DNA of 63,837 nt, filler included, from an uncultured virus (IMG/VR IMGVR_UViG_2061766007_004299) (3 parts of one record of this genome joined end to end with filler, not necessarily neighbours in it); one strand, 5' to 3'. Shown: positions 20,738-33,247, numbered from the whole stretch's first letter. The notes: generated by a model from the sequence alone, not told the origin. Translations and numbers: made by a program.

Positions 20738-21054
20738 TGCCGGGTCGGTGGAACTGGAAAATGTAGCAGGCCATCGGATTCAAAAAACGCCGGTTTTCCT
20801 TAGCGGAACTGCGGTTNNNNNNNNNNCCGGTGGAACTGGAAAATGTACCAGGCCATCGGATTCAAAAAGCGCCGGTTTTCCTTAGAGGAACTGCGGTTTT
20901 GCGGATTTTGGCAACGTATCGAAGCCTGGCCGAATTTCGTCACAAAACCGCACCTGAAACATCCGGAAATCAAAGGAAAACACGATGGAAAGGGCCGGTT
21001 TTCGAGGAAATCATCAAGGAAGTGCAAACAGCAAAGTCGACCGGAGGAAGGCGT

Positions 21055-21464
21055 GTGAAACAAGAGCAGAAAGAGCTGATCCGCTCCCTTCGGTTGCAAG
21101 GCTGGGGCTATAAGCGGATCGCAAAGGAGCTGCGGCTCAATCGGAATCAGGTGCAGCTGTACTGCAAGACCCACGGCCTTGCCGGTGCGGGCGAATTCGT
21201 AAAGTTGAACCTGCCCATCTGGTATGAGCAAAACGACCGGTGCATCATCTGCGGCNNNNNNNNNNTCACGGTCTTGCCGGAGCAGGCGAATTCGTAAAGC
21301 TGAACCTGCCCATCTGGTATGAGCAAAACGACCGGTGCATCATCTGCGGCGAGAAGCTGGACCGGAAACAACGCGGTAGAACGAAGCGGTTCTGTTCCGG
21401 GAAATGCCGCACGAAATATTACCGGGCAAAGAAACAGGAAGAGGAGGAAGCTCAGTGGTTATGA
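21055..21464 (+). CDS. HTH + zinc-finger DNA-binding protein
   Basis: LRLQGWGYKRIAKELRLNRNQV; CIICG...FCSGKCR. Confidence 0.75.
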
Positions 21465-21733
21465 AAAAGCAGACGCTGGAGGATAAGCTGGAAGCGGTGC
21501 TGGACGACAATGTGAATCATCCGGCGCATTACACCTACGGCTCTATTGAAGTCATCGACGTAATCGAAGGCCTGGGGCTTCCGTACCATCTCGGCAATGC
21601 GGTGAAATACATTGCAAGGGCAGGACATAAAGATCCGGAGAAAACAACCGAGGATCTTCAGAAGGCAGTCTGGTACCTGAACCGGTATATCGCGTTGCTG
21701 GAGAAAGAGCAGGAGGCGCGACATGAAGGTTGA
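21461..21733 (+). CDS. DUF3310 protein
   Basis: DNVNHPAHYT...GNAVKYIARAGHK...EDLQKAVWYL. Confidence 0.88.
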   Translation: MKKQTLEDKLEAVLDDNVNHPAHYTYGSIEVIDVIEGLGLPYHLGNAVKYIARAGHKDPEKTTEDLQKAVWYLNRYIALLEKEQEARHEG

Positions 21734-22022
21734 GATACCATCACAGCACCGGGTGCTTGGTCACTATGGCGCGGATGCCCAAGCCATGGTGCATTGTGAA
21801 GAACTTGCAGAGCTGATCCAGGCCATCAGCAAGATGCGCAGGGTACGGAATGGCGGACAGGATGACGCAGATGCTTACGACAATCTGGTCGAGGAAATGG
21901 CGGATGTCCTGATCTGCCTGGAACAGATACAGACCATGTATGAGATCCCCAATCATACGATCCAGGGCATGATCTTTCAGAAGTGCGCAAGGCAGGAGGC
22001 AAAACTCAATGAATCTGCTTGA
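21723..22022 (+). CDS. MazG-like nucleotide pyrophosphohydrolase
   Basis: EELAELIQAISK...EEMADVLICLEQ. Confidence 0.8.
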   Translation: MKVEIPSQHRVLGHYGADAQAMVHCEELAELIQAISKMRRVRNGGQDDADAYDNLVEEMADVLICLEQIQTMYEIPNHTIQGMIFQKCARQEAKLNESA

Positions 22023-22130
22023 AGCATTTATCCGGGATGAGATCTTCATCGACTTTGGCGCNNNNNNNNNNAAATCACACGATTCAGAACATGGTATTTC
22101 AGAAGTGCGCAAGGCAGGAGGCGAGACTCG

Positions 22131-22610
22131 ATGAACCTGCTTGAAGCATTTATCCGGGATGAGATCTTCATCGACTTTGGCGCAGATGTCCTGTACGGCA
22201 GCGATCAGTGCAATGTGTCTTTCCCTTGCCGCTTTCCGACTGTAACCTTCCAGCTCATGGCGACAAATGGTCTCAGCCAGATCGCGGACCGTATCCGGAA
22301 GGACCTGGGTTTTGCGCCGATGCATCCCATGGACGAGTACACCGACGACACCTGTGATAACGAAGGCTGGTACGACTTCTATGTTGGCATCAATGGGTAT
22401 ACGGAAAGCCATATGGACAGCTGCATTGAGTTCGTTGTGGTAAACAGCAACTCTCCGGATGAAGAGGAGCGGTACACCATCGACCTGACAGAGGAAGAGC
22501 AGAGAACTGTGTTTTCCTGCCTGGATGAGCAGTGCCGAAAATACCTGGAGCAATCCTGTGACGACCTGCTGGCGGAGGCAGGGAAGCAGATGGAGGAGAA
22601 GTACAGTTGA
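22131..22610 (+). CDS. Acidic hypothetical protein
   Basis: Coupled ORF with RBS; both ends seen in two alleles. Confidence 0.7.
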   Translation: MNLLEAFIRDEIFIDFGADVLYGSDQCNVSFPCRFPTVTFQLMATNGLSQIADRIRKDLGFAPMHPMDEYTDDTCDNEGWYDFYVGINGYTESHMDSCIEFVVVNSNSPDEEERYTIDLTEEEQRTVFSCLDEQCRKYLEQSCDDLLAEAGKQMEEKYS

Positions 22611-22711
22611 AAATCATCAAGCGGGACGGAAGTGAANNNNNNNNNNCACCTGGAGAAATCCTGTGAGGATCTGCTGGCAGAGGCAGAGAAACAGATGGAG
22701 GAGAAGTACAG

Positions 22712-25645
22712 TTGAAAATCATCAAGCGGGACGGAAGTGAAGTCCCATATGACTATCGAAAAATCATCCGGGCCATTGATGCCGCCAATCAGGATGTGGC
22801 CGTCGAGGACCGGATCAGTGATACGCAAAAAGAGAACATCGCCAGTCGGGTAGAGAAGAGATGTGAAGCGCTGGGCCGGAGTGTGAGCGTCGAAGAAATC
22901 CAGGACATGGTGATCGATGAACTGGATCAGGCCGAGGCACACAGGCTTGCCAGGCACTACAGCGATTACCGTCTGCGGCATGAGCTGCTCCGAAAACAGA
23001 ACAGCACGGATGCCAAGATTTTGTCTCTCCTCCGGCATGACAATGAGCTGGCCAAGCAGGAGAACGCCAACAAGGACCCGATCATCAACAGCACGATGCG
23101 GGATTACCTGGCGAGCGAGGTCTCCGAGGACATCTGCCGGAGATACATCTTTCCGGAGGATGTGATCAAAGCCCACGATGAAGGCATCATCCATATCCAC
23201 GATATGGGATATGTGTCCGGGCCGATCAGCAACTGTGAGCTGGTCAATCTNNNNNNNNNNCGAAAAGCCGCACAGCTTTTCCACGGCATGCAACATCGCC
23301 ACTCAGATCATCGCGCAGGTGGCGTCCAACACTTACGGCGGCCAGACCATCAGCCTGGCCCACCTGGCTCCTTTTGTCGATGTATCCCGCCAGAAATATA
23401 AGAGCGAGATCAAGGACGAGTTCCTGGCCATCGGCAGGGAATATACCGAAGATGAAGTCAATCGTATGGCGGAGATGCGGGTGCACAAAGAAGTGCAGCG
23501 CGGCATCCAGACGATCCAGTATCAGATCCAGACGCTCCTTACCACCAACGGGCAGACGCCTTTCGTCTCNNNNNNNNNNGATCAGCCTGGCCCATCTGGC
23601 TCCTTTCGTCGATGTTTCCCGCCAGAAATATAAGAGCGAGATCAAGGACGAGCTCCTGGCCATTGGCAGGGAATATACCGAAGATGAAGTCAATCGTATG
23701 GCGGAGATGCGGGTNNNNNNNNNNTTGGCGCTGATCATTGCAGAAACGCTGAAGCAGCGCTACGAGGGCATCAAGAACGAAGTGGGCGTGTGGGTCAGCC
23801 CGGCGTTCCCCAAACTGATCTACGTCCTGGATGAGGACAACATCACCGAGGACGCGCCGTANNNNNNNNNNGGCGCTGATCATTGCAGAAACGCTGAAGC
23901 AGCGATACGAGGGCATCAAGAATGAAGTCGGCGTGTGGGTCAGCCCAGCGTTCCCTAAACTGATCTACGTCCTGGATGAGGACAACATCACCGAGGACGC
24001 GCCGTACTATTACCTGACCGAGCTGGCGGCCAAGTGCTCAGCGAAACGCATGGTGCCGGATTACATCAGCGCCAAGGTGATGAAGCAGCTGAAGAACGGG
24101 GATGTGTACACCTGCATGGGCTGCCGGGCATTTTTGACACCGGATACCGTAGGCCTGAATCCGGATGGCAGCCACAAGTACTATGGCCGCTTCAATCAGG
24201 GAGCGGTGACGATCAACCTGGTGGACGTGGCCTGCAGCGCGGAAGGCGATGAGGATAAGTTCTGGAAACTCATGGAAGAGCGGACCGANNNNNNNNNNTC
24301 TGGTGGACGTGGCCTGCAGCGCGGAAGGCGATGAGGAGAAGTTCTGGAAACTCATGGAAGAGCGGACCGAACTTTGCCACAAAGCGCTCCGCATCCGGCA
24401 CGAGACGCTGCTGGGGACACCTTCCGATGTCGCTCCGATCCTCTGGCAATATGGAGCGATCAGCCGTCTTGGAAAAGGCGAGAAGATCGACTGGCTGCTG
24501 TATGACAACTACAGTACCATCAGCCTCGGTTATGCCGGGCTCNNNNNNNNNNCCGCATCCGGCATGAGACCCTGCTGGGGACACCTTCCGATGTCGCTCC
24601 GATCCTCTGGCAGTATGGAGCAATCAGCCGTCTTGGAAAAGGCGAGAAGATCGACCGTCTGCTGTATGACAACTACAGTACCATCAGCCTCGGTTATGCC
24701 GGGCTCTGCGAGTGTGTGTATCGGATGAAGGGTGTCAGCCATACAGATCCTGTCGGTCATGACTTCGGCATCGCCGTCATGAAGTTCCTGAACAAGAAGA
24801 CAGCCCAGTGGCGTGAAGCGGAGAACATCAGCTACAGCCTTTATGGCACGCCGATGGAATCCAGCACGTATAAATTCGCCCGCTGTCTGCAAAAGCGTTT
24901 CGGTAAGATCCCGCATGTGACAGATAAGAACTACATTACGAATTCCTATCATGTTCATGTGACGGAACCGATTGACGCTTTTACAAAGCTCTCCTTTGAG
25001 GCNNNNNNNNNNGTCCAGCACGTATAAATTCGCCCGCTGTCTGCAGAAGCGTTTCGGTAAGATCCCGCATGTGACGGATAAGAACTACATTACGAATTCC
25101 TATCACGTTCATGTGACGGAACCGATTGACGCTTTTACAAAGCTCTCCTTTGAGGCAGAGTTCCAGGCTCTCAGTCCAGGCGGTGCGATCTCCTATGTGG
25201 AGGTCCCCAACATGCAGAACAACATTCCTGCGGTGCTGGCCGTTATGCGATTCATCTACGACAACATCATGTATGCCGAACTGAACACCAAGAGTGATTA
25301 CTGTCANNNNNNNNNNTCAGGCGCTCAGTCCTGGCGGCGCGATCTCCTATGTGGAGGTCCCCAACATGCAGAACAACATTCCTGCGGTGCTGGCCGTCAT
25401 GCGATTCATTTACGACAACATCATGTATGCCGAACTGAACACCAAGAGNNNNNNNNNNCTGCGGCTACGATGGCGAAATCAAGATCGTGGAGGATGATGG
25501 GAAGCTCGTCTGGGAATGTCCGAACTGCGGCAACCGGGACGAGAAGCGGATGAATGTGTGTCGGCGTGTCTGCGGGTACCTGGGCACCAACTACTTCAAC
25601 CAGGGCAGAACGCAGGAGATTGCTGAGCGGGTACTGCATCTATAA
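22712..25645 (+). CDS. nrdD: Anaerobic (class III) ribonucleoside-triphosphate reductase, fragmented
   Basis: ATP-cone KIIKRDG; AHDEGIIHIHD; CMGCRAFL; YYGRFNQG; YITNSYHV; glycyl-radical motif RRVCGYLG. Confidence 0.93.
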
Positions 25646-25694
25646 AGATGCGGCAGCTGCGTTTCGAAGAATCAAAATGAGGAGGACAAAACCT

Positions 25695-26358
25695 ATGAAG
25701 AGACTGATACTGGAAGCGCCTTGGTACACTTACCAGAAGAAGGTGAAGGCGCTGTTCGAGCGGGATCCTGCCATCCATGTCGGGGAGATCGTCGAGCCGG
25801 AGGATGGCAGCGCGGATTACCTGTTCGACATCGAAGTCAGGGATCATGAGAAGTTCCTGGCCATGGATCGCGTCTTTCCNNNNNNNNNNTCGGATTACCT
25901 GTTCGATATCGAAGTCAGGGATCATGAGAAGTTCCTGGCCATGGATCGCGTCTTTCCCAAGTGTGTCCAGTTTGGCAATGTGGTCCTGGCCATCAACCTG
26001 TACGATGAGGAGAACGACACCGGAACCGCAGATGTCGTTGTTCTCTATGAGACCATTTTCAGGGGAAACCCCATCGTGAAGGANNNNNNNNNNTGACGTC
26101 GTTGCTCTCTATGAGACCATTTTCAGGGGAAACCCCATCGTGAAGGATGTCCGGCTGGCCCAGGATCCTACGGGAACAGCACACGGCTTTGTCCGTTTCC
26201 AGCCGGAGGTGATCCAGTTCTTTGACGATGACCTCTATGATTATGACGGCAACTGGTCCGGCCTTGCACAGGATATCGCCCGTGAGGTGTTCCAGAATGA
26301 GACTCGCGGTATTCACTTCTGTACCGCACCTGTTGCCGCGAATGGGACAGGCGAGTAA
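25695..26358 (+). CDS. Hypothetical protein (gapped alleles)
   Basis: RBS GGAGG; continuous coding across overlapping fragments. Confidence 0.65.
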
Positions 26359-26360
26359 CC

Positions 26361-27065
26361 ATGAACTATGCAGAGATCAAGAAGGTAGACATCGCCAACG
26401 GTCCTGGTGTCCGAGTGTCTCTGTTCGTTTCCGGATGCCGGAACCATTGCAAGGGATGCTTTAATCCGGAGACCTGGGATTTCGACTACGGTCGGCCCTT
26501 CACCAGAGAAACTGAAGATGAGATTATCGAGGCCCTGCGTCCTTCGTGGATACAGGGCCTTTCCATTCTCGGCGGCGAACCGGCAGAAGAAGAGAATGCA
26601 GCGATCCTGATCCCATTCCTGAAACGGGTGAGAGCCGCGCTGCCGGATAAAGATATCTGGCTGTACTCCGGATACACCTATGAGGCGCTCCGGGACAAAG
26701 AGATCCTGACACTGGTTGATGTGCTGGTGGATGGACCTTTTCTCCTGGAGCTGAAGGACGCTGGGCTTGCTTTTCGCGGCAGCAGGAATCAGCGGATCAT
26801 TGATCTGAAGGANNNNNNNNNNACAGAAGAAGAGAATGCAGCGGTCCTGATTCCATTTCTGAAACGGGTGAGAGCCGCGCTGTCGAATAAAGATATCTGG
26901 CTGTACTCCGGATACACCTATGAGGCGCTCCGGGACAAAGAGATCCTGTCACTGGCTGATGTGCTGGTGGATGGACCTTTTCTCCTGGAGCAGAAGGATG
27001 CCGGGCTTGCTTTTCGCGGCAGCAGGAATCAGCGGATCATTGATCTGAGGGAGAAAGAGTCATGA
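26361..27065 (+). CDS. nrdG: Anaerobic RNR activating radical-SAM protein (C-terminal half duplicated by assembly)
   Basis: DIANGPGVRVSLFVSGCRNHCKGCFN; FRGSRNQR. Confidence 0.93.
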   Translation: MNYAEIKKVDIANGPGVRVSLFVSGCRNHCKGCFNPETWDFDYGRPFTRETEDEIIEALRPSWIQGLSILGGEPAEEENAAILIPFLKRVRAALPDKDIWLYSGYTYEALRDKEILTLVDVLVDGPFLLELKDAGLAFRGSRNQRIIDLKXXXXTEEENAAVLIPFLKRVRAALSNKDIWLYSGYTYEALRDKEILSLADVLVDGPFLLEQKDAGLAFRGSRNQRIIDLREKES

Positions 27066-27277
27066 ATCGAAAAACACTGCAGAGCCTGATCCTCGCCTTG
27101 GAAGCGGCTCTGATTATTGTGAGCCTTGTCACCGGCTCCGGCACCACCGTGGGGATGATCTGCTACTGGTCGATTGCAGCACTGAATCATCTGACCGACT
27201 TCATCATCCGCTGGATCGAGGAACGGGAAGAGCGCAAGGAGAAGTCCCATGGCAGAAACCAAAATGATCGACCTTAA
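27062..27277 (+). CDS. Small membrane protein (second allele at 29288)
   Basis: Two hydrophobic segments and a charged C-terminus. Confidence 0.6.
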   Translation: MNRKTLQSLILALEAALIIVSLVTGSGTTVGMICYWSIAALNHLTDFIIRWIEEREERKEKSHGRNQNDRP

Positions 27278-27294
27278 TACGGTCATCGGTGTGT

Positions 27295-27394
27295 NNNNNN
27301 NNNNNNNNNNNNNNNNNNNNNNNNNNNNNNNNNNNNNNTTAATTAATTAANNNNNNNNNNNNNNNNNNNNNNNNNNNNNNNNNNNNNNNNNNNN
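27295..27394. other. Artificial scaffold linker
   Basis: TTAATTAATTAA (stops in all six frames) embedded in Ns; the same spacer occurs at 33281..33380. Confidence 0.9.
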
Positions 27395-27641
27395 TATAAA
27401 GAATTCGATGATCGTGAGCAGGAAGCCTACCTTCGAAAATGGAATGAGCAGCAACGGAAAAAGCGGAATCGTCCGTAATGGTATATTTCAGCAGGTGTGC
27501 TCCGGACTGTTTTGTGGATAAGGTCAAATCTGGATTTTCTCTCGGAATTATCGAAGAAATGACTTTACTTTTCTGGCTTGTAGAGTGATGTATTACACAC
27601 CGCAAGAGAAGCGGCACAAGCTGAAAGGAGCNNNNNNNNNN

Positions 27642-27861
27642 GGATCCCTTCCTGGGAAGTGGCTCGACCCTGATCGCCTGCATGCAGACAGATCGGATCT
27701 GCCGGGGGATTGAGCTCGATCCGAAGTTCGTGGACGTGATTGTGAAGCGGGCGATTCAGGAGAACGGCGGCAAGTATGATGATGTATTTGTCATCCGGGA
27801 TGGCCAGAAGCTTCGCTTTGATGAGGTGGCGACCTTTGAGCCCCAGGAGGTGGAGGCATGA
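27642..27861 (+). CDS. C-terminal fragment of the DNA methyltransferase allele
   Basis: DPFLGSGSTLIACMQTDRICRGIELDPKFVD matches 31056..31187. Confidence 0.8.
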
Positions 27862-28496
27862 AGGTCGAGCTGATTGCCTATACGCCGACTGCCGCTGGGG
27901 TCTGCTGCGATGCTGCGGCAATATGCACGGATTCCAATAATGGCTACCGGTCGCTGCAGCACTCCCTTGCCTCCGGGCATGAGTCGGTGCTGGAGCACGC
28001 TGTGTTTACCTTCCGTGTGGAAGGAGTCAGTCGGGTAACCCTGGCACAGCTGACCCGGCACCGGTTGGCCAGCTTCTCCGTCCAGTCCCAGCGCTATGTG
28101 AAGCTTGATAACCCGGAGCTGGTCATTCCGGAGAGCATCCGCAATTCTTCCTTTTTCGCGGAGGCGCAGAGCAGTATGCGCTATATGCTGAATCTCTATC
28201 AGCGGATGGTGGAAGCCGGGATTCCTGCAGAGGATGCCAGGTATGTGACACCGCAGGCGGTCCCGACATCGCTCATTGTTACGATGAACGTCAGGGAGCT
28301 GAGGCATTTCTTTTCCCTTCGCTGCTGCAACCGTGCCCAATGGGAGATCCGGCAGCTGGCAGATGAAATGCTGAAGCTGTGCCGGAAAGCGGCACCGACG
28401 CTATTTGAAAATGCCGGACCGGGATGTGCCCGGGGCGGCTGTCCTGAGAAAAAGTCCTGCGGGCATCCGAGATCGAAAGCAGAGTGGGACATGTAA
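27858..28496 (+). CDS. thyX: Flavin-dependent thymidylate synthase
   Basis: GHESVLEH and RHRLASFSVQSQRY (RHRx7S); AQWEIR. Confidence 0.95.
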   Translation: MKVELIAYTPTAAGVCCDAAAICTDSNNGYRSLQHSLASGHESVLEHAVFTFRVEGVSRVTLAQLTRHRLASFSVQSQRYVKLDNPELVIPESIRNSSFFAEAQSSMRYMLNLYQRMVEAGIPAEDARYVTPQAVPTSLIVTMNVRELRHFFSLRCCNRAQWEIRQLADEMLKLCRKAAPTLFENAGPGCARGGCPEKKSCGHPRSKAEWDM

Positions 28497-28552
28497 CCGT
28501 AGGAATAGAGAATTCGGGATGGGATGAAAGAAGCTCATCCTGTATGGAGGAG

Positions 28553-28735
28553 ATGAGCGTGAGGTATGTGATCGTGTTTTTGATCGTAGCGGTGCTCGTG
28601 CTTGTTGTTGGAATGGCCCTGGCGGTCATCGCTTCCGATACCGATGACTGGAACAAGGAGTTCGATGACCGTGATCAGGAAGCCTACCTTCGCAAATGGA
28701 ATGAGGAACGGAAGAAAGATCATTCCTGCAGGTAA
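28553..28735 (+). CDS. Small single-TM protein
   Basis: Hydrophobic N-terminus then EFDDRDQEAYLRKWNE; variants at 27395 and 31946. Confidence 0.6.
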   Translation: MSVRYVIVFLIVAVLVLVVGMALAVIASDTDDWNKEFDDRDQEAYLRKWNEERKKDHSCR

Positions 28736-28811
28736 GGTATCGAAGCGGTTCTTGGGGCTGTTTTGTGGATTGTGTCAAATCTGATACTTCTCGTGAAACT
28801 ATCGCAGAAAT

Positions 28812-28865
28812 GACTTTACTTTTCAGGCTTTCAGAGTGATGTATTACACACCGCAAGAGAAGCGG
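28812..28865 (+). promoter_or_regulatory. Cargo promoter motif B (CTTTACTTT subclass; variants at 27561 and 32086)
   Basis: CTTTACTTT-N10-AGAGTGATGTAT followed by a short hairpin. Confidence 0.7.
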
Positions 28866-28890
28866 CACAAGCTGAAAGGAGCGAAAAGTC

Positions 28891-29273
28891 ATGAGAAAAT
28901 TTGAGAAGAACATTGAAGACCGGAAACAGCTGGTAGCCCGCCTGAAGGAACTCACTGGGCTTGAGTCCAGATACACCTTCGTACCGCGCTGCGCCTACCT
29001 GGTCGGCAGCTTTACGGTAGAGAAGGATGGCAGCCTCACCGTGGAGGACGGAGCAGATGAGCAGGTGCTGGATACCCTGATCGCAGAAGGTATGATCGGA
29101 AGCGAGATCAGGCAGGAAGCGGCAGGTTGNNNNNNNNNNTTGGTCGGCAGCTTCACGGTAGAGAAGGATGGCAGCCTCACCGTGGAGGAGGGAGCAGATG
29201 AGCAGGTGCTGGATACCCTGATCGCAGAAGGCATGATCGGAAGCGAGATCGGGCAGGAAGCGACAGGTTGCGC
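28891..29273 (+). CDS. N-terminal fragments of the 'virulence-related' phage protein
   Basis: RKQLVARLKELTG...YTFVPRCAY, homologous to the gene at 32189. Confidence 0.65.
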
Positions 29274-29558
29274 NNNNNNNNNNTGTCATGAATCGAAAAA
29301 CACTGCAGAGCCTGATCCTCGCCATCGAGGCGGCGCTGATTATCGTAAGCCTTGCGACCGGTGCCAGTACGACCATTGGGATGATCTGCTACTGGTCAAT
29401 TGCTACGCTGAACCACCTGACCGATTTCATCATCCGCTGGATCGAGGAACGGGAAGAGCGCAAGGAGAAATCCCANNNNNNNNNNTGCTCGGCTCTTTCT
29501 TTATCCCGCTGTGCGAGGTCATGCGTTTTTACAGCGGATAACACAGATGGAGGGAACG

Positions 29559-31187
29559 ATGCAGAAGACTGCTGAACTGAAAGTTCTGCCGGTATCGGTA
29601 CTCAAACCGGCAGAATACAATCCCCGCAAGAAGCTGAAGGCCGGGGATAAAGAGTACGAAAAAATCAAGAACAGCATTGAGGAGTTCGGCTTTGCCGATC
29701 CNNNNNNNNNNACTGGTGCATGCTATCGACTACGCGGAGGATAAGATTCTCGCAAGCATCAACGGGGAGAATCCGGAGTGGTGTGAGATGACTGAAGAAT
29801 ACATGGAAGTTACCGGGGAAACGGAGCTGGGCTTTACGCTCGGCTCTTTCTTTATCCCGCTNNNNNNNNNNTGGCGGACATCAGCGACTGACGGTGGCCA
29901 TGGACCTCGGCTACACCGAAGTGCCCTGTGCTGTGGTGGACATCGACAAGGTCCGGGAGAAGGCGCTGAACATTGCGCTGAACAAGATCACCGGCGCTTG
30001 GGATGATACCCTGCTGGCGGAGCTGCTGGAGGATATTCAGAACAGTAACTTCGACCTGGGTAAGACGGGCTTTGATCCGCCNNNNNNNNNNTGGACATCA
30101 GCGACTGACGGTAGCCATGGATCTCGGCTACACAGAAGTCCCATGCGCTGTTGTCGATATTGATAAGGTCCGGGAGAAAGCGCTGAACATTGCGCTGAAC
30201 AAGATTACCGGTGCCTGGGATGATACGCTGCTGGCAGAACTCCTGGAGGATATCCAGAACAGCAATTTTGATCTCGGCAAGACGGGCTTTGATCCGCCTG
30301 AGATCAATACGCTGTTCAATAAGCTCCANNNNNNNNNNNNNNNNNNNNNNNNNNNNNNNNNNNNNNNNNNNNNNNNNNNNNNNNNNNNNNNNNNNNNNNN
30401 NNNNNNAGGCATCGGGTGATCTGCGGCGACAGCACCGGTGAAGAAATCTACACCCGCCTGATGGATGGTGAGAGAGCAAATCTGGTACTGACAGACCCGC
30501 CCTACAATGTGGACGTGGAAGAGACAGCCGGAAAGATCATGAACGACAACATGGGCGATCAGGAGTTTTATAACTTCCTGCTCTCCGCGTATCGCTGTAT
30601 GCATGCCAACCTTGCTGACGACGGCAGCATCTATGTCTGGCACGCAGATACGGAAGGATTGAACTTCCGTAAGGCGTTCAAGGACGCAGGTTTCTATCTT
30701 TCCGGGTGCTGCATCTGGAAGAAGAACAGTCTGGTGCTGGGACGCAGCCCTTACCAGTGGATTCATGAGCCATGCCTCTTTGGCTGGAAGCAGAAGGGCA
30801 AGCACCAGTGGTATTCCGATCGGAAGCAGACCACCGTGTGGGAATATGATAAGCCCCGCTCCTCCAAGGATCATCCGACCATGAAGCCGATCACCCTCAT
30901 GAGCTATCCCATCAAGAACAGCACCATGACCAACGGTATCGTGCTNNNNNNNNNNTGATAAGCCGCGATCCTCCAAGGACCACCCGACCATGAAGCCGAT
31001 CACGCTTATGAGCTATCCCATTAAGAACAGCACTATGACCAACGGCATCGTCCTGGACCCCTTCCTGGGCAGCGGTTCGACCCTGATCGCCTGCATGCAG
31101 ACGGATCGGATCTGCCGGGGCATCGAACTTGATCCCAAGTTCGTGGATGTCATCGTGAAACGGGCAATTCAGGAAAACGGCGGCAAG
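29559..31187 (+). CDS. ParB-like nuclease domain + N6/N4 DNA methyltransferase (fragmented)
   Basis: LKPAEYNPRK, GGHQRL, ALNKITG; DPPY, HPTMKP, DPFLGSGST (catalytic motif before the SAM-binding motif, beta class). Confidence 0.88.
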
Positions 31188-31301
31188 NNNNNNNNNNNNN
31201 NNNNNNNNNNNNNNNNNNNNNNNNNNNNNNNNNNNNNNNNNNNNNNNNNNNNNNNNNNNNNNNNNNNNNNNNNNNNNNNNNNNNNNNNNNNNNNNNNNNN
31301 N

Positions 31302-31814
31302 GGATAATGGGTATCGGTCACTGCAGCACTCCCTGGCATCCGGGCATGAGTCCGTACTGGAGCATGCGGTGTTTACCTTCCGGATCGAAGGCATCAGCCG
31401 GGTGACCCTGGCCCAGCTGACCCGCCACNNNNNNNNNNNNNNNNNNNNNNNNNNNNNNNNNNNNNNNAATTTCTGCAGGAGGCGGATGAGCAGATCCGGC
31501 ATAGCATGGAGCTGTATCGGCGCATGGTGGAAGCAGGCATCCCTGCAGAGGATGTCCGGTATCTGACTCCGCAGGCGATCACCACCAACCTGGTGTTGAC
31601 CATGAATGCCAGGGAACTGCGGCACTTCTTCAGCCTTCGCTGCTGCAACCGTGCGCAATGGGAAATCCGCCATCTGGCAGATGAGATGCTGAGGCTTTGC
31701 CGGAAGGAAGCGCCGATTCTCTTTGAAGCGGCTGGCCCTGGATGCGTAACTGGCAACTGTCCGGAGAGCCGCCCGTGTGGGCAGCCCCGGAATAAATCAG
31801 ACTGGGAGGCCTGA
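31302..31814 (+). CDS. thyX: Second, diverged ThyX allele (gapped)
   Basis: GHESVLEH, LAQLTRH, LRCCNRAQWEIR; follows the methyltransferase as the first copy does. Confidence 0.88.
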
Positions 31815-32188
31815 TCCTCCCGGCAAGGAAGGAGATGGCCATGANNNNNNNNNNNNNNNNNNNNNNNNNNNNNNNNNNNNNNNNNNNNNNNNNNNNNNNN
31901 NNNNNNNNNNNNNNNNNNNNNNNNNNNNNNNNNNNNNNNNNNNNNTGATCGGGATCAGGAGGAGTACATCCGGCGCTGGATGGAGGAGAAGAGAAAGCTG
32001 GATGCGCGTAAGAAAACCAGGCACTGGAAGCGATGATTGTGTACTATGCCGAATCTGATACTTTTCTGGGAATTCTCTCATAAATGACTTTACTTTTTGG
32101 GGCTTCAGAGTGATGTATACCATACCGCCGAAGGAAAACGGATGGTAGAGATCACAATGGGAGCAAGGCTCCGGAAAGGAAAAGAATT

Positions 32189-33128
32189 ATGATGAGATTT
32201 GGCCTGAATGTAGAGGATAAGAAGACGTTGGTGAAGCGAATCGGCGAGCTGACCGGGCTGCAGCCGCGCTACACCTTTATGCCCAGATGCGCGTATGAGA
32301 TCGGAGTGTACACGGTAGAGCGCCGGGGCGACCTGGTTGTGGAAGAGGCGGATCTGGATGAAACAATCATCCAGACACTGCTCTCCGAGGGCCTGATTCT
32401 GGAAGGCATCCGGGAGGAGGACAGAATGGAAACCGTTATCGAAGCGGCGACAGCGGAGGCGGCTGTGGAAGAACAGGAAGCAGAAGCAACTGAGCCGGTG
32501 CCTGCAGAAGAAAACACGGAAGCGGACACGCTGACGGTCAGCCTGCCCATGGCAAGGCACACGGCAGATTCCCTTCGCCGACTGGTCAACCTGATCTACA
32601 GCCGGGGACCGCTGCTTTCCAAATCCACTGGCGGACAGTTCAGCGTGGACAAGGACCTGATCACGGCGCTCGATGACGCTGGAGTGATTACCTCGGCGAC
32701 GGATTTCATCTCCATGGTAAAGGAACAGGGCGGCCTGACCGGACTCTCCTTTGAAGGGGANNNNNNNNNNNNNNNNNNNTCCTCTGACAGAAGATGCAGA
32801 CCGGAACAAAGCCTTCCAGCAGATCGCCTGCCTCATGAACAAGCATGCGCTGGAACAGAAGCGGATTCAGGCAAAGGTGGTCAATGACGACAATGAGCGA
32901 TACGCCTTCCGGATCTGGCTCCTGCGCATCGGCATGAACGGGGACGAGTTCAAAACCAGCCGCAAAATCCTGATGGAGAACCTCTCCGGACACACAGCTT
33001 TCCGCACCAAGGAAGAAGAAGCGAGATGGAAAGCCCGGCAGAAGGAAAAACGCGAGGAGCTGAGGGCAGAAAAAGCAGCTTCCCAGGCGGTGGAACCGAC
33101 AGTGGAAACCCAGCCGGATGCGGTGTAA
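32189..33128 (+). CDS. 'Virulence-related' conserved phage protein
   Basis: C-terminal NERYAFRIWLLRIGMNGDEFKTSRKILMENLSGHTAFR; other allele at 34949..35652. Confidence 0.7.
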
Positions 33129-33198
33129 ATGTACCAATTTCCGGGGCAAAATAAGCCCTGATAATTGTCAGATAAATAGTCGATTTCTCTGAATAAAT

Positions 33199-33247
33199 GA
33201 CTTGCTATTATCTCCTTTCAGAGTGATATATGTACACACCGAAAGGG
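33199..33247 (+). promoter_or_regulatory. Cargo promoter motif B
   Basis: CTTGCTATT-N10-AGAGTGATATATGTACA. Confidence 0.75.

Noticed and set aside
27339..27350. TTAATTAATTAA palindrome, also at 33325..33336
   Set aside because: It is an artificial six-frame stop linker inside N spacers, so gene order across it is unreliable.
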